Origin: a virus | Strand: one strand, 5' to 3' | DNA length: 64,000 nucleotides | Virus record (IMG/VR): IMGVR_UViG_3300045988_080644 | In this document: piece by piece, positions 1 through 9,120 of the stretch | Numbering within the stretch: the stretch's first letter is position 1 | How the letters are laid out: each line of letters starts with the position of its first letter | Position numbers and translations under genes: made by a program | Notes under the pieces: model-generated | Database searches by the model: none | What the model was told of the DNA's origin: nothing | The model's input: only the letters and a program-made list of their open reading frames with translations

Positions 1-56
1 TCTGTTAAGCTAAGACCGTAATTTATATCTGTCATTTTTTCTGTTATTATAATTAA

Positions 57-683
57 TTAAAGAAATGCAATTGTTGGACGCTTCATAGCATCAATTGAAG
101 TCCAACCTCCGAACTCACCAACTGCCTTAAAGCGCCATTCACCATCCTTCTTATAGGCAATACCAAGGATAACCGCCTGCTTATCAGAAATCTTAGTACC
201 CTCTTTGCCGTCTTCAAGATTAAACTTAGCTAAGACATTTACAGGAGTATTAGTGTTTCTCTGTACTTGATCACCAGTATAGATACGAAGACCCATATAA
301 GGAATCTCACCAAATGTCTGATGTGTAAAGTTATTGAGAGTAAATGCAATATACTCAACACGTGGGTCAAGTTCATTCAAGCATACCTCAATAGTCTCAT
401 TATCAAGACCATCATTACCATTGGTGTCACCTGAGCGGTCATCACCACTATGACGGATACCTGGAGCACTCAAATTGTAATAAGCTACTTCGCCAATACA
501 ATTCTTATTGGCATCATACAGAAGAACAGTAGAATCCAAATCTACTTTCTCAACAGACCCACCAATACCGAACAGTCCACGATGCTGAATGGCGCCCCAA
601 TTTGAACCAAAGTACAACTTACTCAAACCATTGTTAGACTCTTTAGACAGATTAATTCTGCCACCTTTACTTAAATTAATCAT
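57..683 (-). CDS. TerD-domain protein (TerD/TerE/TerZ stress-protein family)
   Basis: 208-aa track ORF. The INLSKGGRINLSKE N-terminus, acidic GDDRSGDTNGNDG..DNE loops and C-terminal GEWRFKAVGE match the TerD-fold signature. Paralog of 792..1394. Confidence 0.8.
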   Translation of the reverse strand: MINLSKGGRINLSKESNNGLSKLYFGSNWGAIQHRGLFGIGGSVEKVDLDSTVLLYDANKNCIGEVAYYNLSAPGIRHSGDDRSGDTNGNDGLDNETIEVCLNELDPRVEYIAFTLNNFTHQTFGEIPYMGLRIYTGDQVQRNTNTPVNVLAKFNLEDGKEGTKISDKQAVILGIAYKKDGEWRFKAVGEFGGWTSIDAMKRPTIAFL

Positions 684-791
684 AAAACTTTACTAAATAA
701 TTGTAAATTACTAATTAACTAAAAATGGGAGTACCTAATTAAAGATACTCCCTTATAGAATCAAGAATTAAAACCGAATTAACTTAATTAA

Positions 792-1394
792 TTAAATAGC
801 TGGAGCATCTGGCAAGATGAGTCCATAGCCACGAAGAATATCACGATAGATAACGTTCTGATAGCTACCCTTATCTTCTCCAAGAGCCTTGAACTTCCAA
901 TCACCATTATGGCGATAAAGTTGGCAAAATACAATACAGCGAGACATACTTGCATCCTCAGTGAGATCAAACTTAGCCAGAGGAGTAGTATTACCTTTAG
1001 CATACAAGTTGCAATAAGCATTGTTAACCATACCAAAGTTCTGCTGACGATTCTTAGCATCGTGAATATTAACTAAGATAATAATTTTCTGGACATCTGC
1101 AGGAACCTTAGTGGTATCTACTACAATTGTCTCATCATCTCCAGCACCAGCACCTGTACGATTATCGCCTGAATGCTTAATAGCATCTTTCCAATTTGGA
1201 TTATTGTAGAAAATGAAGCCATCATCAGGATCTACTGCTTTATCCTGAGCATTCAAAGGAATAGTAGCTACATCCAAATCAAATTCTACACCTGCCTGAG
1301 TTGCTATATCCCAACCCAAACCAATTGAAAACTCTGTTACACCATTTGCTTCTTTAGCGAGGTTGATGTTACCTCCTTTACTTAATTGAATCAT
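792..1394 (-). CDS. TerD-domain protein, second paralog
   Basis: Track ORF 792..1424 trimmed to the ATG that gives MIQLSKGGNINLAKE. The GDNRTGAGAGDDE loop and GDWKFKALGE C-terminus parallel the 57..683 protein. Confidence 0.75.
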   Translation of the reverse strand: MIQLSKGGNINLAKEANGVTEFSIGLGWDIATQAGVEFDLDVATIPLNAQDKAVDPDDGFIFYNNPNWKDAIKHSGDNRTGAGAGDDETIVVDTTKVPADVQKIIILVNIHDAKNRQQNFGMVNNAYCNLYAKGNTTPLAKFDLTEDASMSRCIVFCQLYRHNGDWKFKALGEDKGSYQNVIYRDILRGYGLILPDAPAI

Positions 1395-1408
1395 AATTGT
1401 GAATTTAA

Positions 1409-1600
1409 TTAAAATTTGCCGCAAAGTTTACGGCTAATTATAGTCATAACTTTATCATAAGTTAACTTTTTAGCTTCTTTCTCAGAATAACCTTCTATAA
1501 TATAAGAATCTACTATTTTCTCAATTGCAGCATTCATTTCAGAGAATAAGTACTTTTGTTCTTTAGTTAACTTATCATCGTATAAATAAGATTTATTCAT
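1409..1600 (-). CDS. hypothetical protein (63 aa)
   Basis: Track ORF overlapping both neighbours by a few nt, which suggests translational coupling. No motif recognised. Confidence 0.5.
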   Translation of the reverse strand: MNKSYLYDDKLTKEQKYLFSEMNAAIEKIVDSYIIEGYSEKEAKKLTYDKVMTIISRKLCGKF

Positions 1601-1868
1601 CTACTTGTAAATCCGCCTGAGTACTTTCTAAGTAATCCTTATTATCTAAGTCTTTAATAAGATTAACTAAGTCTTCCACAGTCTTTAGATTCTGAACTTT
1701 ATCATCTTTAATAGGATAACCAAACTCCTGTTCACATTCAATGATAATTTCTACTAAATCAAGGCTGTCTATGTACAAATCATCGAAAGTATCTGCACTA
1801 GTTATTTTTTCGCTTTCTATTCCAAGGACTTCACTAACAATGCTTATTACTTTTTCTTCTATACTCAT
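1593..1868 (-). CDS. acyl carrier protein
   Basis: 91-aa acidic ORF with the phosphopantetheine-attachment motif DSLDLVEII at the expected position of a four-helix ACP. Confidence 0.7.
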   Translation of the reverse strand: MSIEEKVISIVSEVLGIESEKITSADTFDDLYIDSLDLVEIIIECEQEFGYPIKDDKVQNLKTVEDLVNLIKDLDNKDYLESTQADLQVDE

Positions 1869-2671
1869 TATATATCTTCCCTTTTAGTTTTAAACACATG
1901 CTCTGTATGAGTAGAAGTAAATCCTGGATTATACTGCAATTTCTGAATACCAAGTACTTTATTATACATCACATTAGGAAAAGAATCCAACATAGAGTTC
2001 TGCTGTCTTACTGTTTCCATACATGCTTCTTCTAACTTGTAATACTCTTCTCGTTGTCCATTTACAAACCCAGATAAATCACCATAAAATTTAGTAAATT
2101 CAGAATAAGGAATATTTTGATTCTCTTGAAGCCATTTCCAAGTAACTTGTGCTCCATCATGTCTTCCTTCCATAATCATATTAGTGACTTCTAAGAAAGT
2201 ATTCTTGTTTAATTCACAAATTTCATACTTCTGAAGATACACTTTCCATAATTTATCGAAGAACATTTTACGAGCATACTGTTGCTTGTCTAGCTGATTG
2301 GTATATTCAATATTCTTATTATACAATTTTATTATAGCACCAATAGGACTTATAAACCAACACAATATAATAATTCCAGGAATTACAATCCACTTTTTCT
2401 TAATATTTACATTTGAATAGTCTTCCCTCTCATTACCAAATGTACATATAGCAGTTATAGCTAAAACAAAGGTCGCGATAAATAAAATCCACTGAATAAT
2501 ACAATGACAGAAACCCATTCTTATAGCGTTAGGGGAACCCTCTAAGGTTAATGGACCTTTATCACTAATTATATCATCTAATATCTGTGTATTCCACAAA
2601 TATAAAAACAGGATAGCACATATAATAGATGCACCTAAAAATAATAAACCATGCTTAATATTATTCTTCAT
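1868..2671 (-). CDS. membrane protein with LemA-like C-terminal region (tentative)
   Basis: 267-aa ORF with several hydrophobic N-terminal segments. The C-terminal REEYYKLEEA...QQNSMLDSFPNVMYNKVLG resembles the LemA R..YN...N...FP motif. Confidence 0.35.
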   Translation of the reverse strand: MKNNIKHGLLFLGASIICAILFLYLWNTQILDDIISDKGPLTLEGSPNAIRMGFCHCIIQWILFIATFVLAITAICTFGNEREDYSNVNIKKKWIVIPGIIILCWFISPIGAIIKLYNKNIEYTNQLDKQQYARKMFFDKLWKVYLQKYEICELNKNTFLEVTNMIMEGRHDGAQVTWKWLQENQNIPYSEFTKFYGDLSGFVNGQREEYYKLEEACMETVRQQNSMLDSFPNVMYNKVLGIQKLQYNPGFTSTHTEHVFKTKREDI

Positions 2672-2672
2672 A

Positions 2673-2849
2673 TTATTTAATTAAAAATTTATTAAACTTA
2701 TCGTGAAGAGGTTGAAATTCCTTTCTAAGTTCTACTAGTTCTCCCATTTCTTCTATAGAACTAACATCACTTAGTTTAATGTTATTAATCATATTCAAAG
2801 CATCTCTAAGACGACATTGAATACCTTTTATTAAAGTGTCATTTACCAT
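2673..2849 (-). CDS. small hypothetical protein (58 aa, below track cutoff)
   Basis: Hand-read ATG..TAA ORF MVNDTLIKGIQCRLRD... that fills the gap between track ORFs on the same strand. Confidence 0.3.
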   Translation of the reverse strand: MVNDTLIKGIQCRLRDALNMINNIKLSDVSSIEEMGELVELRKEFQPLHDKFNKFLIK

Positions 2850-3002
2850 AATTAAGATTCTATAAAGACTATTACAATTAAAAAGATAAGTACAATAAGT
2901 GCTGTCGTTTTACAAAACTCAACGAGTTCCATATTCTGTACGGCAAGTATACTTTCTATTATACCAAATAGCAATAAAACACTGCTTCTTATTATAAGTT
3001 TT

Positions 3003-3314
3003 TTAATCATCACCTAATAAACCTAATTTCTCTAATTTGGGGGTATCATCAATATGTATCTCCAATGGGTACTCCACATCTTTGATGTCTCTCATAAATT
3101 CCATATGTATAGCTCCATAATAAGCATCTGAATAAGCTTTTCGTAAAAGTCTTAAAAATAAATCAGTAGATAAAGTAATAGTACCATTAACTTCTTCTAA
3201 CCCTTCTAAATACTTACGACACCATTCATATGATGCAACTTTAGATAAGGGCTGTGAAGTACACATAGCAAAACCATCAAAATCAGGACATTTTGGACAA
3301 TTTAATTTAGCCAT
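3003..3314 (-). CDS. hypothetical protein (103 aa)
   Basis: Track ORF, co-directional and tightly packed. No motif recognised. Confidence 0.5.
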   Translation of the reverse strand: MAKLNCPKCPDFDGFAMCTSQPLSKVASYEWCRKYLEGLEEVNGTITLSTDLFLRLLRKAYSDAYYGAIHMEFMRDIKDVEYPLEIHIDDTPKLEKLGLLGDD

Positions 3315-3321
3315 AATTAAT

Positions 3322-3705
3322 TTATTTAAGAATCTTAACCTTTACATGTCTTATACTAATTCTTTTAGAGTTTTTGGGGTGTATCAATATATCGACTCTA
3401 TGTTTAAATCGTTTATTAGTAACATCCCTAACTTCATACACTCCAAATCCCTCTATAAACACCTTTTTAGGCTTATTCTTTGGAAATAAATAAAGTAAAT
3501 CGCGGGAAACTGCACACCACTTAATGTGACCCCTTTTCAAATGACGTAAATTAATTTTAGAACCATCAGCTGTAACTAATGGTTTACTGTCACATTGACT
3601 CTTTACAGGTTGATAACAAGTAAGAGTTACATGAGTAGTTGTTTGGCAGAAAGCCCCACTCATGAAGCTTAATAATAATAAAAATATTAATATCTGTTTC
3701 CTCAT
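3322..3705 (-). CDS. secreted 3D-domain-like (MltA/RlpA-type barrel) protein (tentative)
   Basis: Signal peptide MRKQILIFLLLLSFMSGAFC. TCYQP...CDSKPLVTADGSKI...WCAVSRDLL...IEGFGVYEVRDV...RVDILI follows the 3D-domain pattern TaY..c...P.TAdG...AV...i.G.G.Y.V.D...iDi. Confidence 0.4.
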   Translation of the reverse strand: MRKQILIFLLLLSFMSGAFCQTTTHVTLTCYQPVKSQCDSKPLVTADGSKINLRHLKRGHIKWCAVSRDLLYLFPKNKPKKVFIEGFGVYEVRDVTNKRFKHRVDILIHPKNSKRISIRHVKVKILK

Positions 3706-4854
3706 TTAATATATCTGATTAAACTTACCTGAAGCATTCGTAGAATACCCAGATTTAATTATATAAATAATAAAATGGTTATAACAAGTTACAATATATC
3801 CCTTCTTAGCATTTATATAGAATATAGGACGGTCATCAAATTCATCACCTATTTTAAGATACTTTATTTCTTTATTTACACTTACAGAATCTGTACGAAT
3901 ATAAGCACCTGCCATAGTGATTTGAGCATCCCGTTCCTCTTCAGTTAATTTAGAAGGGGACTTTCTTTCTATTTTACGAGTTACTTCACGACTTCTAATT
4001 ATTTTCTCAAATAACTGCTCATTAATATTCTGAACATTACTAAGAGAACCAGACTCTAACTCTATAGACTCTACTAAATAAGTAAAATCAGAGAACTCAA
4101 GATTAAAATTCTTACGGATTAAATCTATTTTGTCAACACCATGAATATTAACTTCCTGAGCGAGAGCCTTAACTAAATCAACAGTAACTATTTGCATCTG
4201 TCTAATTAAATCCAGTACTGGTTCTATTGCATCTTTGTCAATTAAAATATCATTAAGTAACTCAAGTGTGGTTTCTTCAGGTAAATTGCCAAAAGAACGT
4301 ACATATCTAATACGTGATGGACGACCTAATAAATTATTATTAATTTCTAACTCATTAGTGGTAAGTAGGAATATTTTACGATATTGTGAGTTGTGCACAC
4401 CATCCATAAAAGAAAGCACTAATGAGGATTCCCTAAATTCTTTTTCGTATTCATCAAAGAAGAAAATACAATCAAAGTTAATTTGAGTAGCTAAGAATTT
4501 AAGCATGTCATCTACTTCCTTACAGGATTTAACAATAATAACTGGAAGTCCAATACGATTACAAAGCTCTTCTGCAGTTACTGTCTTACCTGTTCCCTTG
4601 ATTCCATTAAATAATACGCCTAAATTACCAGTAGTATTATTGTAAGTCTTTATAAAATGATCAATAAACTTGTTATTAATACCATATAATTTGTAATTAA
4701 ATACAAAAGAATCTCCAAGTCTATTTAAATAATAACCTGTCATTGATTCTTTAACTTCATAAATTCCTTTAGGTAATCCTTCAGGATGTGCTTTTGTTGT
4801 GGCACTACCCTTTATAAAAGTATTACCGTCTTGAATCCAAATGTTTTGTTCCAT
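3706..4854 (-). CDS. AAA+/P-loop ATPase
   Basis: 382-aa ORF with Walker A GIKGTGKT and a Walker B-like CIFFFDEYE. It abuts the 3322..3705 gene with no spacer. Confidence 0.7.
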   Translation of the reverse strand: MEQNIWIQDGNTFIKGSATTKAHPEGLPKGIYEVKESMTGYYLNRLGDSFVFNYKLYGINNKFIDHFIKTYNNTTGNLGVLFNGIKGTGKTVTAEELCNRIGLPVIIVKSCKEVDDMLKFLATQINFDCIFFFDEYEKEFRESSLVLSFMDGVHNSQYRKIFLLTTNELEINNNLLGRPSRIRYVRSFGNLPEETTLELLNDILIDKDAIEPVLDLIRQMQIVTVDLVKALAQEVNIHGVDKIDLIRKNFNLEFSDFTYLVESIELESGSLSNVQNINEQLFEKIIRSREVTRKIERKSPSKLTEEERDAQITMAGAYIRTDSVSVNKEIKYLKIGDEFDDRPIFYINAKKGYIVTCYNHFIIYIIKSGYSTNASGKFNQIY

Positions 4855-4875
4855 AATTAACTAAATTATTTAAAA

Positions 4876-5109
4876 TTATTTAATTGTTTCACCTACTCTG
4901 TAATCGTCCCCATCACACACACGAATAGTTTTAATCTCATATCGATTAATTTTCTTATTATACATTCGTATCTTGAAAGTATAATGCTCTATATGTATTG
5001 TTTTTGATATTATTACCCCTCCCTTATAATTCAATATAGAATCTTTATATTGAACTGGAGGACCACAAGATACTAATAAAGATAAAATTACTAATACTAT
5101 TACTTTCAT
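4876..5109 (-). CDS. small lipoprotein
   Basis: Track ORF trimmed to MKVIVLVILSLLVSC, which has a lipobox L-V-S-C. The longer start at 5124 would lie inside the terminator T-run at 5120-5156. Confidence 0.5.
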   Translation of the reverse strand: MKVIVLVILSLLVSCGPPVQYKDSILNYKGGVIISKTIHIEHYTFKIRMYNKKINRYEIKTIRVCDGDDYRVGETIK

Positions 5110-5119
5110 AATAATTAAA

Positions 5120-5156
5120 CACAAAAATCCCTGAACTAAATAAATAGTCCAGGGAT
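5120..5156 (-). terminator. rho-independent terminator (reverse strand)
   Basis: 7-bp stem ATCCCTG/CAGGGAT (5127-5133 / 5150-5156), followed on the reverse strand by UUUUUGU. Confidence 0.5.
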
Positions 5157-5657
5157 TAAAATAACGTTAAATAATAAAAACAGTTCTATGAACTGGTGGA
5201 GCTAGACGGTACTGCCCCGTCGTCTTGCCTATTTGCATCAAAACGTTCTTACAGCATAGGTTTTAAAGACTTTCCTTGTCTTAGGGTTGACAAGATTAAC
5301 ATTGTCAACTTCCACCACTCTGTTCCTAAAGTATACAGAGAACTTATAAGAAATGAAAGAATAGTGCACCTTTCTGTTCCTAAGCAAGTGCTGCTCGGCT
5401 TCTCAGGCTGCAATAGCGTAAGAAGCGGAAGTGTTATTTACTTCGCCAATTAATTTTTTACTTGTCTATCCAAGTTGTCTTGCTGTGTTTCTTATCTCCT
5501 AGACAATCAAATACTAGTTTAGCCCCATACTTAAAAGAGTCCTAAATTAGAACTCTTTAATATCTTCTGATTCTTCGGCTATATGGAAAACCCATATCGT
5601 ACCAATCATCTGGATCTATTCTATCTTCATTACCCATAATTTAAAACTTAATTAATG

Positions 5658-5987
5658 TTAAAAACTAAATTGAATATCTCTATTGACATCTAATAATCCT
5701 CCTTGCCAATTAGATTGAATATCCATACTGAACCATGTACCATATTTAGTTCTTGCAAACCAAATAAGATGATTGTCGTACTTAGGAATATAACAACCTA
5801 TAAAATAGTCAGTATCTCCATTCCATATCCAACTACAGTTAAGAGCACTATTTATTAAATGTATCTTTAGATGTATATCAGCCCTATTAAAAGGAATTAC
5901 TTTCTTTACATAAGCTTTATATAATCTACTTGGCGAACATTTACCATCGTCAAAGAAATTATAAATCTGTCTCTTTTTCGGAATCAT
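5658..5987 (-). CDS. hypothetical protein (109 aa)
   Basis: Track ORF, co-directional. No motif recognised. Confidence 0.5.
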   Translation of the reverse strand: MIPKKRQIYNFFDDGKCSPSRLYKAYVKKVIPFNRADIHLKIHLINSALNCSWIWNGDTDYFIGCYIPKYDNHLIWFARTKYGTWFSMDIQSNWQGGLLDVNRDIQFSF

Positions 5988-6681
5988 TAATCATATACTG
6001 TCTTAATATATTTTCATTAACTGTACCATCATTTTCTCTAGTGAGATTGTCTAATAGTTCCAAATCAAATTTTTCTTTTCGAAATTTAAAACATTGTCTT
6101 AATATAGCTTCATTAACTATATTCTCATTTTCTCTTGCAAGTTTATCTAATAACTCTAGATTAAATTCTTCCTTTTGAAACTTAAATTGAATCCAATTAG
6201 GTTCAAATTCTCTGTAATCTAGATGAGACAGAGGTTCATCTGTATTTAATACATATTTAACTAGTCTAGTTAAACGTTCTCCAGCTAGTTTAGATACCAC
6301 AAAACCAGATAAATCATAACCTACACCTCTACTTCTCCAATATTCACCAACTTCAGGTTTAGAATCCGGAGCAACATAGAACATTTTATAATAATCTGAA
6401 GACTCTAAAGTTACATAAGTACCTAACTGACTACTACAACATATACCTAAACCAATATTAGAATACAAATTATTATCACGCTCTAATGTAAGAAATACTG
6501 GAACTTTATAAGGGTCTAAATTATTAATCTCACAATGATGCAATGCAGTATGTGCATACTCAAGTAATTTAGACACTGATATAGTACTTAGTTTAGTATC
6601 TTCTTCACTTTTGTTCTCTTTAATGGCAGCATCAGAACATCTAGTGTGCCAATTTTTCCATTTATCTCCTTCTAAATACAT
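5959..6681 (-). CDS. hypothetical protein with internal 32-aa tandem duplication
   Basis: 240-aa track ORF. The C-terminus carries two consecutive copies, FKFQKEEFNLELLDKLARENENIVNEAILRQC and FKFRKEKFDLELLDNLTRENDGTVNENILRQY. Confidence 0.55.
   Translation of the reverse strand: MYLEGDKWKNWHTRCSDAAIKENKSEEDTKLSTISVSKLLEYAHTALHHCEINNLDPYKVPVFLTLERDNNLYSNIGLGICCSSQLGTYVTLESSDYYKMFYVAPDSKPEVGEYWRSRGVGYDLSGFVVSKLAGERLTRLVKYVLNTDEPLSHLDYREFEPNWIQFKFQKEEFNLELLDKLARENENIVNEAILRQCFKFRKEKFDLELLDNLTRENDGTVNENILRQYMINDSEKETDL
5995..6186 (-). repeat. 2 x 96-nt in-frame tandem repeat inside CDS 5959..6681
   Basis: Copies at 5995-6090 and 6091-6186 encode the two 32-aa repeats. The similarity is also visible at the DNA level. 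Confidence 0.7.
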
Positions 6682-6790
6682 AGCAATTAACTTATATAAT
6701 ACAATAAAAAAGTCATAGAAACAATTAATATTCCTATCATAATAAAGAATAGAATTACAAATTGAATATCTGCATTCATATTATAAATAC

Positions 6791-7000
6791 TTAATCACCT
6801 CCAGGCAGGCTATCTAAATACTGAGGAATAGTTACTTCTGTATTATTCTTCTCTTTTTCAAGTTGCTGAATAGCATTTGACTGTCTATCTACAATTATTT
6901 GCAATTCCAGAATTTTTGCTTTCTGATAATAGTAGTTAGGAACTGACCAAGCTAAAACAATTATAAAACAAATTGTTGGTAATATCCAAAGTTTATTCAT
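6791..7000 (-). CDS. small membrane-anchored protein (69 aa)
   Basis: Track ORF with an N-terminal hydrophobic helix followed by a coiled-coil-like segment. Confidence 0.5.
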   Translation of the reverse strand: MNKLWILPTICFIIVLAWSVPNYYYQKAKILELQIIVDRQSNAIQQLEKEKNNTEVTIPQYLDSLPGGD

Positions 7001-7021
7001 ATTTTTTTATTTTTTTTATTT

Positions 7022-7261
7022 TTAACCCCAAATTACATAAACTCCATGTTCACCCTTATAACGAAGACTAATCTCAAATCCTAACTCTTTAAGGTAATTA
7101 TAATATTTGTCAACATTAGTTGGCGGAAGTATAGAACCAATCCAAGCTGCATAATTACCTTTACTAGCTTCTTTAATTATAGCAAAGTTTATTTGATCTA
7201 ATATATGCGGGTCTAATACAGCAGACCTAGATATAGTCTTTGCTTCTGTTGCTTTAATCAT
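7022..7261 (-). CDS. hypothetical protein (79 aa)
   Basis: Track ORF whose 4-nt overlap with the next gene suggests coupling. Confidence 0.5.
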   Translation of the reverse strand: MIKATEAKTISRSAVLDPHILDQINFAIIKEASKGNYAAWIGSILPPTNVDKYYNYLKELGFEISLRYKGEHGVYVIWG

Positions 7262-7662
7262 AACTTTTTAATTTTTAAACTAGCATCTTTAAACCATATA
7301 TTAAGTCTATCTATGGCACTTTCCCATTCAGATTGAGAGCAGATTTTATAATATTTTAAAAAGTTAGTATTACCTGCATTAAATTGGTATATACCTATAC
7401 ATTTACCACCAGGAGTGATTTTAGTTACAGTATATCCAGTACCATCATTGATAACTACTTTTAGATAAGATGTGTTATCTTTATAGTAAGGATGTTCTCT
7501 AAGAGCGCAATTATTAACTTGTATCTTTTTAGCTCTTATGTTACTTACTATTTCTCCTATAGTATTCTCTAAATTGTCTCTTTGACTTAGAAACTTTATT
7601 TTGAGTTTTTCCAAGTCCTCAATAGACATTTCCGAATAGTTATTTATATTTTCTGTTTCCAT
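7258..7662 (-). CDS. hypothetical protein (134 aa)
   Basis: Track ORF, co-directional. No motif recognised. Confidence 0.5.
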   Translation of the reverse strand: METENINNYSEMSIEDLEKLKIKFLSQRDNLENTIGEIVSNIRAKKIQVNNCALREHPYYKDNTSYLKVVINDGTGYTVTKITPGGKCIGIYQFNAGNTNFLKYYKICSQSEWESAIDRLNIWFKDASLKIKKL

Positions 7663-7664
7663 AA

Positions 7665-7961
7665 CTATAATTTTTTTAATATTTTTACATTTTTAATTAA
7701 TGGTTCGCCATCAGTACCAGTTTCATCTAACAAATCACCAGTTACTAGATATTTATTGCCAGTAAAGTATTTTACATTATATATAAAATCATTAAATGCC
7801 ATCTCATTTGTTGGAAATGGAAGAACGGGAGAGTATGTTCCATTTATATTTTTATGAGCTTCATAAACTGAAACTCCAGGTTCTTCTCCAACTTTTTCGT
7901 TGCATTTCCAAATACATGATTTCTCATTTTTAGGTATTTCACCAAATCTATAGAATATCAT
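7665..7961 (-). CDS. hypothetical protein (98 aa); ORF closed by TAG
   Basis: Track ORF whose stop codon is TAG (cta at 7665-7667), in the junction TAG-TT-ATG with the next gene. Confidence 0.5.
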   Translation of the reverse strand: MIFYRFGEIPKNEKSCIWKCNEKVGEEPGVSVYEAHKNINGTYSPVLPFPTNEMAFNDFIYNVKYFTGNKYLVTGDLLDETGTDGEPLIKNVKILKKL

Positions 7962-8099
7962 TTAGTTTTTCCTTAACATTCTTATACTCTTCTATGAAAT
8001 ACATAACTAGAGAAACAATACTTACTATAGCAGCTGCCACACAAATAACTGCTATCAAAATCATTATAGTTAATAAAATAACATCCATAGTTATTTTGT

Positions 8100-8291
8100 T
8101 TAATTCTCTTTAAGTTCTACTGGCTCATCATTCCAAGATAGTTCCCTTCCGATGAGTTTCTTAATGCTACCTTGTGGTATTTCTATGCATTTGCAAGAAC
8201 CATAATCGTCTCTCCAGCTATATACAGCTTTGTGAGGCTCTGTTTCAAATATAAGTTCCGTACCGAAACTATTAACACATACCCATGCCAT
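8100..8291 (-). CDS. hypothetical protein (63 aa)
   Basis: Track ORF, co-directional. Confidence 0.45.
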   Translation of the reverse strand: MAWVCVNSFGTELIFETEPHKAVYSWRDDYGSCKCIEIPQGSIKKLIGRELSWNDEPVELKEN

Positions 8292-8293
8292 AA

Positions 8294-8641
8294 CTATTCC
8301 TCCAATTTTTTAATTAATAAATTACTTTTCTTATCAAATAGTTTATAACCACTACGGAGATACCAATCCAGAACAAATCTATCAGATTCCTCTTCAACAA
8401 AGTGTAATCCGATGGTTTTTACTCCATTCAACTTAGCCTGTTGTTCTGCAAGTTGTAATAGGCTTTTTGCGACACCCTTTCTTCTATAATTATTATCTAC
8501 AAAGAGTGCATATATTAGAGCATCGGCTTTGCCAAAAATATCACTAACATATAATGGAATAAATATTTGAACCGAACTGAGATTTTCTTCATCGGTTATT
8601 AAAATTCTGATTTCATCCTTCCATGTCTGCTTTTGTATCAT
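8294..8641 (-). CDS. GNAT-family N-acetyltransferase; ORF closed by TAG
   Basis: 115-aa ORF with acetyl-CoA motif A, VDNNYRRKGVAKSLLQLAEQQAK. The stop codon is TAG, in a TAG-TT-ATG junction. Confidence 0.7.
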   Translation of the reverse strand: MIQKQTWKDEIRILITDEENLSSVQIFIPLYVSDIFGKADALIYALFVDNNYRRKGVAKSLLQLAEQQAKLNGVKTIGLHFVEEESDRFVLDWYLRSGYKLFDKKSNLLIKKLEE

Positions 8642-8981
8642 CCTCTAACTTTTTAAATTGATTTTTATAAAAGTCTGGAACTCTATTGACTCCCCACCAA
8701 GAACCTCCTTCATCACCACAAGACACTATCCATACTGGTTCTTTAGTATCTTTATCTCGGCAATAAACCATACCACGAACTTTATCATACATAAAGATTG
8801 ATTCTAGCTCAAAGTCTAAGTCTTCTAGAGTAGTATAGACTTTGCAAGAAAATACGTCTCTTTCTTCATTATAGAACCTAGCAGAAGATTCTTCATCATT
8901 CATTAGGTCTATTTTAAGTATTTCTAAGTTATAGTATTCAACAACTTCTAGAAGTGACTTTTTAACATTTATTTTACACAT
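8613..8981 (-). CDS. hypothetical protein (122 aa)
   Basis: Track ORF, co-directional. Confidence 0.5.
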   Translation of the reverse strand: MCKINVKKSLLEVVEYYNLEILKIDLMNDEESSARFYNEERDVFSCKVYTTLEDLDFELESIFMYDKVRGMVYCRDKDTKEPVWIVSCGDEGGSWWGVNRVPDFYKNQFKKLEDDTKADMEG

Positions 8982-9120
8982 TATTCATCCTCCAATTCTT
9001 CTTTAATGTTGTCTAACCACATAAGAATGACATCAATATTAACATAAGTGGTATGTTTTTCTTTACACTTTCTTAAAAGATTTCTCCTTTTAATGATTTC
9101 ATTGATTGCAGTTACTTTAC

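Noticed and set aside
5196-5453. 85-aa forward-strand ORF as a confident protein-coding gene
   Set aside because: It has a GTG start, no recognisable motif and an unusual GC-rich composition with extensive internal complementarity. It is kept only as an alternative under the ncRNA finding.
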